Source: a bacterium (GTDB lineage: Bacteria > Sysuimicrobiota > Sysuimicrobiia > Sysuimicrobiales > Humicultoraceae). From it: a DNA stretch of 23,170 bases. The translations under genes were made by a program, and so were the position numbers. The stretch is taken from the NCBI GenBank assembly GCA_041497675.1, contig JBGQGY010000049.1, positions 1-23,170 on the forward strand, given 5' to 3'. Below, piece after piece: positions 16,650-23,170 of the stretch; the first letter of the stretch is position 1, and every line of letters starts with the position of its first letter. The notes beneath the pieces are model-generated. The model worked only from the letters and a program-made list of their open reading frames with translations, ran no database searches and had not been told where the DNA came from.

Positions 16650-17186
16650 TCAAGGAATGAACGTCAGGTTGTACTGGGGTGCGTCCGCCGTCAGGAGCAC
16701 GACCTTCTTCAACGCGATCTTCCACGTGTCGTCGACCCTGCGCAGCCGGTACTCGCAGCGCGCGGCGAAGAACCGTGGTGCATTCAACCCCTGCTGCCGC
16801 GGGCCGCCGGGTCGCATTTCTGCGATGAGGTGACGGCAGTGGACGATGGTGTCCCGGCCTCCATCGCCATCGACCACCTCGACGTTGGAGACGAACCGGA
16901 TGGTGCGTGAGGCGGGATTCTGATCGAGCACCGGAGTCTTCGTCAGCCGGTAGACGCGCTCGTGCAGGCGCTTGCGGTCATCGTAGATGATGGCTACGGC
17001 CCGCGAGGGATCGACGTCCGGATCGATCGGCAGCCAGTAGACCGCGTCGTCGGTGAACAACGCCTCCCACTCTTCGAAGCGGCGCTCATCGAGCAGCCGG
17101 GCTTCTGCGAACAGGAAGCGTTCGGCCTCCTCGGCCGTCGGCGCGGCGCCCACGTCGTCTAGTCGCCGGCCATCATGCGCCGCCAT
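16650..17186 (-). CDS. Aromatic ring-hydroxylating dioxygenase beta (small) subunit
   Basis: FLFAEARLLDERRFEEWEALF...YWLP, PASRTIRFVSNV, WKIALKKVVL; follows the alpha subunit. The start may be GTG 17153. Confidence 0.92.
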   Translation of the reverse strand: MAAHDGRRLDDVGAAPTAEEAERFLFAEARLLDERRFEEWEALFTDDAVYWLPIDPDVDPSRAVAIIYDDRKRLHERVYRLTKTPVLDQNPASRTIRFVSNVEVVDGDGGRDTIVHCRHLIAEMRPGGPRQQGLNAPRFFAARCEYRLRRVDDTWKIALKKVVLLTADAPQYNLTFIP

Positions 17187-18418
17187 TGCCTGTAGACCGA
17201 GCGCTGCGGCGCTTCATCGGTCGTGTGCCCCACCCACTCGCCGTCTTCCGTCCGCTCCCGGTGTTGGCCGCGGTTCAGCAAGTTCCACTCGTGGCCCCGC
17301 GCCCGCACACCGCTTTGGACCTCCGTGAAGATCTCGATGTCATCCGGCGTCCCAAACCCGGCCGGACCGAAGAACCGCTCGTGGCCGCGAAACCGCCCCT
17401 CGTTGATAGCGTCGGGGACGCCTCTCAGGGCGTACACGAACAGCTGCACTTCGGTCCGGTCCACCGCCACCGGTACAATAACCCGGAAATGCGTTTCGAA
17501 CAGATAGAGATTCGGGAAGACGAAGATGTTGCGCCGCGCCGAGATTTCCAATAGATGCTCGTCGGAGAACCGCGCGCGCATCGTGTCGGAATACTCCGGG
17601 AAGCGGTGCATCATCCGCGCGGTCCAGCTCGAATTCGGGTTCAAGCTGCCGGGTCGCTCGAGCAGACCGTGGCCGTTCTTCAGGCCGCGCACGCAGCCCG
17701 ACTGGCGGTAGTGCTGCGTCTCTTCGACCGTCGACTCTTTGGATAGCGCCAGGACGCGCTGCCAGGAAAGATGCACGTAGTTTCCGTGATACCCGTCGGA
17801 CCCGTTTTCGGCCTGCAGCTTCCAATTGCCCGGGTACTCGTAGCGATGCGGCGGAAGCGACACCTCCACCTCTTCCACCGGAGAGCGCCCCAGCCAGTAC
17901 TCGAGATAGCGGCGGACCGGGGCGATGTACTCGGCAAACATCGGTGCCGCATCTGACAGACTGACGAAGAGCATGCCGCGGTAGTTCTCCAGACGCGCGG
18001 CCTGAACCAACCCATAGCCGCTCCGGTCGAAATCATCGGGGTAGCCCGTGCTCTGCGCCATGCCGATCAGGTCGCCGTTGTTGGCGTAGACCCAGTTGTG
18101 GTAGCGGCAGCGGAAGAAGTTGGAGTGGCCCCGCTCCTGACGACACACGACGGCCCCGCGATGCCGGCAGCGATTGTACAGACAGTAGATCTTCCCGTCT
18201 TCGTGCCGGCTGAGGATCAGCGGCTGCGTGCCGACGACCACGGTCTTGTAGTCACCAACCGCGGGCAGCTCGGACTCGTGCGCCACATACACCCACCCAT
18301 GCTCGAAGATCCGCTCCATCTCGACGTCAAAGATATGCGGGTCGGTGTGGATGGACCCGTGGACCCGGAACTCGCGTGGGTCGTCGGCGATGAGAGTGGC
18401 GTACGAGTCTGTGGTCAT
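17159..18418 (-). CDS. Rieske aromatic ring-hydroxylating dioxygenase alpha subunit (benzoate/cumate-like motifs)
   Basis: Rieske NRCRHRG...CRYHNW; mononuclear Fe site GNWKLQAENGSDGYHGNYVH and PDDIE. Start placed at ATG 18418 (MTTDSY); the ORF extension to 18670 overlaps the divergent gene. Confidence 0.95.
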   Translation of the reverse strand: MTTDSYATLIADDPREFRVHGSIHTDPHIFDVEMERIFEHGWVYVAHESELPAVGDYKTVVVGTQPLILSRHEDGKIYCLYNRCRHRGAVVCRQERGHSNFFRCRYHNWVYANNGDLIGMAQSTGYPDDFDRSGYGLVQAARLENYRGMLFVSLSDAAPMFAEYIAPVRRYLEYWLGRSPVEEVEVSLPPHRYEYPGNWKLQAENGSDGYHGNYVHLSWQRVLALSKESTVEETQHYRQSGCVRGLKNGHGLLERPGSLNPNSSWTARMMHRFPEYSDTMRARFSDEHLLEISARRNIFVFPNLYLFETHFRVIVPVAVDRTEVQLFVYALRGVPDAINEGRFRGHERFFGPAGFGTPDDIEIFTEVQSGVRARGHEWNLLNRGQHRERTEDGEWVGHTTDEAPQRSVYRQWRRMMAGD

Positions 18419-18521
18419 CGCGAGATCATGATAGCGCACCGGACGGCTGACGCGAAGAGGAGCGCCGAATCGTGTCTCCAGACGGCGATTTCGGGGCACA
18501 GCCGTGGAGAAGGGGATTGTC

Positions 18522-19283
18522 ATGAGGCTCGTCGGGCTGTGCCTGGGTCTGCTCGTCGCTCTCTTGCCGCTCTCGGCGGCAGCCCAGACGGATGTCGATG
18601 CGCAGGTGATCAGTGTAGAGGGTCCTGAGCGGGCACGGTTACAGGCAGTCGTCTTCAGGCCTCCCGGCAACGGTCCGTTCCCCCTCCTCCTCGTCCTCCA
18701 CGGGAGCGACGGGGTCCATCAAGGCTACCTCCAGTGGGCGCCCAACTTCGCTCGGGCAGGCTATGTCACCGTTGTGGGCTGCTGGTTTGGCACGTCGCAA
18801 GGGCAGTATCCATGCCAGGCGGTGCCAGGGCTCATGGCGCCAAATCTGCAAGCCACAAAGAACGTGGTGGCCCTCATCGATGCGGGCCGGCGAGTACCCG
18901 GTGTCCGTCGCGATCGCGTCGGTCTCATTGGAAATTCGCTCGGCGGCGGTATGGTCGCCATCGCGGCGTCGGCGGGCGCGGACGTGCAGGGTGGGGTGGC
19001 CATCTCTGGAGCGTTTGAGTCCACAATCTCGCGGAACGACGCTTCCGCTATCGCGGTCGTCGCTAACCTCCGCGGCCCGCTACTGATCCTCCACGGGACC
19101 AGCGATGCCAATGTGCCCGTGCGAGAGGCGAGGACCTACGAAGACAGTGCCCGCAAACTGGGCAAGAGCGTGCAGGCCTACTACTACGACGGCGGAGAAC
19201 ACGGTCTTCCCTGGTCGCCAAAATTCGGTGAAGACGTCTTTCGCCGCTCCCTCGAGTTTCTGAATCAGTACGTTCGGCGCTAG
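18522..19283 (+). CDS. Secreted alpha/beta hydrolase (dienelactone hydrolase/S9-like fold, Ser nucleophile)
   Basis: Signal peptide MRLVGLCLGLLVALLPLSAAA, LHGSDG, nucleophile elbow GNSLGG, LHGTSD (Asp), GEHG (His); RBS AAGGGGA before ATG 18522. Confidence 0.85.
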   Translation: MRLVGLCLGLLVALLPLSAAAQTDVDAQVISVEGPERARLQAVVFRPPGNGPFPLLLVLHGSDGVHQGYLQWAPNFARAGYVTVVGCWFGTSQGQYPCQAVPGLMAPNLQATKNVVALIDAGRRVPGVRRDRVGLIGNSLGGGMVAIAASAGADVQGGVAISGAFESTISRNDASAIAVVANLRGPLLILHGTSDANVPVREARTYEDSARKLGKSVQAYYYDGGEHGLPWSPKFGEDVFRRSLEFLNQYVRR

Positions 19284-19347
19284 TCGTTTACGCAGGGAGC
19301 CCTCTCTGGCGCAGCGAACCGTAGGGCTGGCCAGTGAAACGGGAGGG

Positions 19348-20376
19348 ATGACGATGCGTCTAACAAGCGGTCTCCTGACGATTCTTGGCTGCTTCCTCGT
19401 CGTGGCGCTCGTCCTCGCAGGGTCCGCCGTGCAGGCCCAAGCCGATCTTGTGGGCGCGGCGAAGAAGGAAGGCAAAGTCGTCGTCTACGGATCCATGGAG
19501 ACCGACGTCTTTGAGGTCATCCAGAAGATCTTTGAAGGTAAGTACGGGGTCCAGGTCGAGTACTGGCGCGCCGCGAGCAACCGAGTGACCGACCGCGTGC
19601 TGACCGAGACGCGGGCCGGCCGGCCCCAGTTCGACGTCGTGCTCACCAACCGCAGCCCGATGCTCATTATGAAGCGCGCGGGCGTGTTTGCGAAATACAC
19701 CTCGCCGTCCTACGACGCGTTTCCGGAGAATACCCGCGACCGCGACGGCACGCTCTCGCCCTCCTATCGGGTGGTGGTCGTCAGCGCGCTGTTCAATACC
19801 AAGATGGTGAAGCCCGAAGACGCGCCCAAGACGCTCAACGACCTGCTCGATCCCAAGTGGAAGGGCAAAGTGGTCATGCCCGACCCTACGCAGCACACCA
19901 CGACGGCCGTGTGGCTCGCGAATCTGCAAAAGGTCTTAGGCGCGCAGCACCGCTCGTTTGTCGAGCGTCTCGCCGGACAGGTGGGGCTGGTCGAGTCCTT
20001 TATCCCGTCGGTCCAGAAGGTCATCGTCGGCGAGTTCCCGGTCGGGATCAGTTACATCAAATACGTGCACATCTTTGGTCAGGAAGGCGCGCCGCTCGAC
20101 TATGCCAGGCTGAACCCGGTGCTCGCCGAGGCCCACCACGTCGGGCTCGGCGCGAAGGCGGTCCATCCCAACGCCGCCAAGCTCTTCATCGACACCTTCA
20201 CCTCGCGATTGGGGCTCCTCGCGTTGGCCCGGGCGGGAGAGTTCGTCCTAGTGCCGGGCGTCTATCCGCCGATCAAGGACGCCGACAAGCTACGCATCCA
20301 GGTGATGGACGACCTGGATGATCAGGAACTCAAGAAGTTCAACGAGGACTTCGGCAGGTTCTTTGTGAAGCGCTGA
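19348..20376 (+). CDS. ABC transporter substrate-binding protein (AfuA/FbpA/thiamine-binding-like fold)
   Basis: Signal peptide, AAKKEGKVVVYGS, PKTLNDLLDPKWKGK, HPNAAKLFID; RBS GGGAGG. Confidence 0.9.
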   Translation: MTMRLTSGLLTILGCFLVVALVLAGSAVQAQADLVGAAKKEGKVVVYGSMETDVFEVIQKIFEGKYGVQVEYWRAASNRVTDRVLTETRAGRPQFDVVLTNRSPMLIMKRAGVFAKYTSPSYDAFPENTRDRDGTLSPSYRVVVVSALFNTKMVKPEDAPKTLNDLLDPKWKGKVVMPDPTQHTTTAVWLANLQKVLGAQHRSFVERLAGQVGLVESFIPSVQKVIVGEFPVGISYIKYVHIFGQEGAPLDYARLNPVLAEAHHVGLGAKAVHPNAAKLFIDTFTSRLGLLALARAGEFVLVPGVYPPIKDADKLRIQVMDDLDDQELKKFNEDFGRFFVKR

Positions 20377-20383
20377 CCGGCTG

Positions 20384-22105
20384 ATGGCGTCCGGTTCAGC
20401 GCAGACCCGGCGCCTCACGACCTGGATCCTGCAGCTCGATCCCGTGGTGATCATGGCGCTGGTCGCGGGCGCGATCCTCGCCTTTCTCGCGCTCTACCCC
20501 ACCGTGATGCTGTTCGTCGGCAGCTTCAGCGACGCGCCGCTGGGCGTCGCCGGGCGGTTCACCCTAGCGAACTACGTTCGGGCCTACGGCGATCCGCACA
20601 CCTACCGGCTGATCGGCACGTCATTCGTCTTCGCGACCGGCGCCTCGCTATTTTCGGTCGCCCTCGCGGGTCTGCTCGCCTGGATCACCGTGCGCACGAA
20701 CGCCCCCGGGCGAGGCCTGTTCGAACTGGTCGCGCTGGCGCCCAACGTGCTGCCGCCGCTGCTGATCGCGACGTCCTGGGTGCTGTTGCTGAGCCCCCGC
20801 ATCGGTCTGGTCAACGTTCTCTTGCAGAGGGTCGGGTTGCCGGTCCTCAACGTCTACTCGATGCCCGGGATGATCTTCGTCGAGGGGCTCATCATTGCGC
20901 CGCTGGCGTTTCTGATCATCGCCAGCGCCCTGCGCTCGATGGATCCGTCGCTCGAGGAATCAGCGCGTATCGCGGGCTCGACGTCCTTGCAGACGGCAAG
21001 GCGCATCACGGCCCCGCTGGTGCTCCCCGCGACGCTCGCCGCGGGCCTCCTGAACTTCGTCCGGGCGATCGAGAGCTTCGACACGCCCGCGATCATCGCG
21101 TTGCCCGCGCGCATCGACGTGCTGACCACGAAGATTTTCCGGGAGGCGCTGGCGGATTTCCCCCCCAACCACAACCTGGCGGCCGCGTACTCGATGAGCC
21201 TGCTGGCCATCACGGTGTTCTTCGTCTACACCTATCAGCGAATCACGGCCCGAAGAGAGCGCTTTACGACCATTACGGGGCGCGGGTACCGCCCCCAGAC
21301 CATCGACCTGGGCGGCTGGCGCTACGCCGCGTCGGCCGCGGCGCTATTCATCTTGAGCCTCATTGTGCTACTGCCGCTCGGTGTGCTCTTCCTCACCTCG
21401 TTGCTGCCGTACTACTCGGTCCCGACCCGCGAAACGCTGGGGCTGCTCACGTTGAAGCACTATAGTTTCCTGGCGCAAAGCGACCGGGTCGGGCGGGCGC
21501 TGCAGATCAGCGTGACGCTGGCGGTGGTCGGCGCCACGCTCGCGATGATCCTGGCGGCCGTGGTCGCCTACATCACCGTACGCACCAGGGTGGTGGGACG
21601 CGCAGCGTTGGAAGTGCTCACGTTCATCCCTTTGGCCTTCCCCGGGACCGCGCTGGCGATCGGCCTCTTGTGGGGCTATGTCCGGCTTCCCATCCACATC
21701 TACGCCACGATCTGGATCCTGCTGATCGCCTACGTCACGCGTTTCCTGCCGTTTGGGCTTCGCGCGATGACGAGCACGATGGTGCAGGTGCAGACCGAAC
21801 TCGAGGAAGCCTCGCGCGTCTGCGGCGCCGGGCTCGCCCACACGTTCCGGCGCATCCTGCTCCCGCTACTGCGGCCGGGCTTCATCGCGGGGTGGGCGAT
21901 CCTGGCCACGATCTTCATGCGGGAGTTCAGTACGTCGCTGTTCCTCTACACGCCTCGCTCCGAACCGGTGGGTCCGCTCCTCTATCACCTGTGGATCGAC
22001 GGGCAGCAGGGCCGTATGGCGGCGCTTGGTGTCGTGGTGAGCGTGGCGTCGCTGGTGTTAGTCGCGGTCGTGCGCCGCGTGACGCGGGTGCCGTTGACCG
22101 GGTAG
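20384..22105 (+). CDS. ABC transporter permease, fused two-domain FbpB-like
   Basis: Two EAA loops (MDPSLEESARIAGS, ELEEASRVCGA), TITGRGYRP linker, many TM helices. Confidence 0.92.
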   Translation: MASGSAQTRRLTTWILQLDPVVIMALVAGAILAFLALYPTVMLFVGSFSDAPLGVAGRFTLANYVRAYGDPHTYRLIGTSFVFATGASLFSVALAGLLAWITVRTNAPGRGLFELVALAPNVLPPLLIATSWVLLLSPRIGLVNVLLQRVGLPVLNVYSMPGMIFVEGLIIAPLAFLIIASALRSMDPSLEESARIAGSTSLQTARRITAPLVLPATLAAGLLNFVRAIESFDTPAIIALPARIDVLTTKIFREALADFPPNHNLAAAYSMSLLAITVFFVYTYQRITARRERFTTITGRGYRPQTIDLGGWRYAASAAALFILSLIVLLPLGVLFLTSLLPYYSVPTRETLGLLTLKHYSFLAQSDRVGRALQISVTLAVVGATLAMILAAVVAYITVRTRVVGRAALEVLTFIPLAFPGTALAIGLLWGYVRLPIHIYATIWILLIAYVTRFLPFGLRAMTSTMVQVQTELEEASRVCGAGLAHTFRRILLPLLRPGFIAGWAILATIFMREFSTSLFLYTPRSEPVGPLLYHLWIDGQQGRMAALGVVVSVASLVLVAVVRRVTRVPLTG

Positions 22106-22148
22106 TGCGCCGTCTGACCCTCGGGTGCGTCGGGCATGAACTCAATGC

Positions 22149-22721
22149 ATGTTCCACCGTGCTGGCTTCCACATACGCGGACTCGTGGTCGTGCTCGCCA
22201 CGTTGTGCATGCTCACGACCGCGAGCGCGCCTGTATCTGCCGGTGGCGACCCGTCGGCCGTATACACCTTGCCGCACCGGGTCCCATCAGCTCAGGCCCA
22301 GGCCGATCTGGAGTTGCTCGTGCTCAATCTCCTCAACCAAGAGCGGGGTGAACAGGGACTCCCGCCGTTGATGCCGCATGCGGGGCTCCGGAGTGCTGCA
22401 CGAACCCACGGGGTCGAAATGTTCACGTACGGATTCTTATCCCATCGCTCGCGCGACGGCCGGACCCTGGTCCAGCGCCTCTCGACTTCTCAGATCCAGG
22501 TCCGGATGGTTGCTGAGAACATCGCCTATGCGCGAGACGTGCAGACCGCGCATGCCGCGTTGATGGACAGCGACGGTCATCGCAAAAACATCCTCTCGCC
22601 GCTCTTCCGGCTGGTCGGGATCGCCGTCATCGACGGCGGCACCTACGGCCTGATCGTGGTGCAAGATTTCGCCGACGCGCCTCAGGGCTATGCGGCGCGG
22701 GGTCGACCCGTCGCGCGTTGA
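22149..22721 (+). CDS. Secreted CAP (SCP-like) domain protein
   Basis: Signal peptide, LNQERGEQGLPPL, ARTHGVEM...FLSH, AENIA, LMDSDGHRKNIL. Confidence 0.88.
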   Translation: MFHRAGFHIRGLVVVLATLCMLTTASAPVSAGGDPSAVYTLPHRVPSAQAQADLELLVLNLLNQERGEQGLPPLMPHAGLRSAARTHGVEMFTYGFLSHRSRDGRTLVQRLSTSQIQVRMVAENIAYARDVQTAHAALMDSDGHRKNILSPLFRLVGIAVIDGGTYGLIVVQDFADAPQGYAARGRPVAR

Positions 22722-22739
22722 TCCTCACGAGACACGCAG

Positions 22740-23170
22740 CTATCGTGAGCGCCGAGGCACCCGCAAGAGCCTGGTCACTCCCACGAAGATCAGCAACAAT
22801 CCCATTGATCTTGCGACCGAGATCAGCAGTCCGAGCGACGACGGCAACCCTCCAAACGGCAACTGCGTCGGACCCGCCGGCAGGACCTGCGTGACGACTG
22901 CCGGCTGTGCCGGTTGTGCTGCCGGGGCCGGTGCGGGCTGTGCGGCAGCCGCTCCCGGCACAGGCGCGGGCGCCGCCACGACAGGCGGAGGCACCGGCTG
23001 AGGCGCCGACTGGATCGGAGGCGTCCCCCCGGCAGGCGGGGGTGCGGGTACCGCGGGCTGGGACGCCGGCGGGACCGGGGGGGCTTCAGCACCCGGTGGA
23101 GTCGGAGCAGGCGCTGCGACCGGCGGCTGCGGGGCCGGAGGCTTCGCAGCCGGGGGCTGTGGCGCGGGCG
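22740..23170 (-). CDS. C-terminal part of a Pro/Ala-rich surface protein with a C-terminal membrane anchor (5' end outside the window)
   Basis: Frame open from the window edge: PAPQPPAAKPPAPQPPVAAPAPTPPG...QPAQPAVVTQVLPAGPTQLPFGGLPSSLGLLISVARSMGLLLIFVGVTRLLRVPRRSR*. Confidence 0.75.
   Translation of the reverse strand, partial: PAPQPPAAKPPAPQPPVAAPAPTPPGAEAPPVPPASQPAVPAPPPAGGTPPIQSAPQPVPPPVVAAPAPVPGAAAAQPAPAPAAQPAQPAVVTQVLPAGPTQLPFGGLPSSLGLLISVARSMGLLLIFVGVTRLLRVPRRSR

Noticed and set aside
15296..16660. 454-aa + strand ORF
   Set aside because: Antisense to the Zn-ADH and the duplicated-domain gene; no motifs.
18419..18670. 84-aa N-terminal extension of the Rieske alpha ORF
   Set aside because: It overlaps the divergent hydrolase, and family-like sequence begins only at MTTDSY (18418).
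11925..22124. 8-bp direct repeat ACCCTCGG at 11925-11932 and 22117-22124, near both suspected breakpoints
   Set aside because: An 8-mer match is plausible by chance in GC-rich DNA. It is direct rather than inverted, and no integrase or transposase lies between the copies.
22900..23170. Short GC-rich repeats as a CRISPR array or VNTR
   Set aside because: Irregular, codon-level repeats explained by the Pro/Ala-rich protein; no constant repeat-spacer period.

Overview
GC-rich (roughly two-thirds G+C by eye) bacterial accessory and metabolic region with about 20 intact CDSs. I saw no rRNA, tRNA, CRISPR array or transposase. The core is a putative aromatic-catabolism cluster. A minus-strand operon (Rieske dioxygenase alpha and beta, a small internally duplicated protein, Zn-dehydrogenase, SDR, GNAT) faces a bicupin. 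It is divergent from a secreted Ser-hydrolase and an ABC binding protein plus permease, and an MFS transporter and ThDP enzyme lie nearby. No ferredoxin or reductase is encoded in the window. The left part has a flavin amine oxidase, an FAD lactone oxidase, a secreted two-domain chagasin-like protein, a BNR propeller protein and an ABC permease/ATPase. The right end has a CAP protein and a Pro-rich protein with a sortase-like tail. Several lesions are hidden from the ORF track: an in-frame TAG in an M28-peptidase-like gene, a +1 frameshift in a small conserved gene, an ArsR-like stub, and an ABC ATPase missing two segments. Product calls rest on motifs read by eye, and no database search was run.
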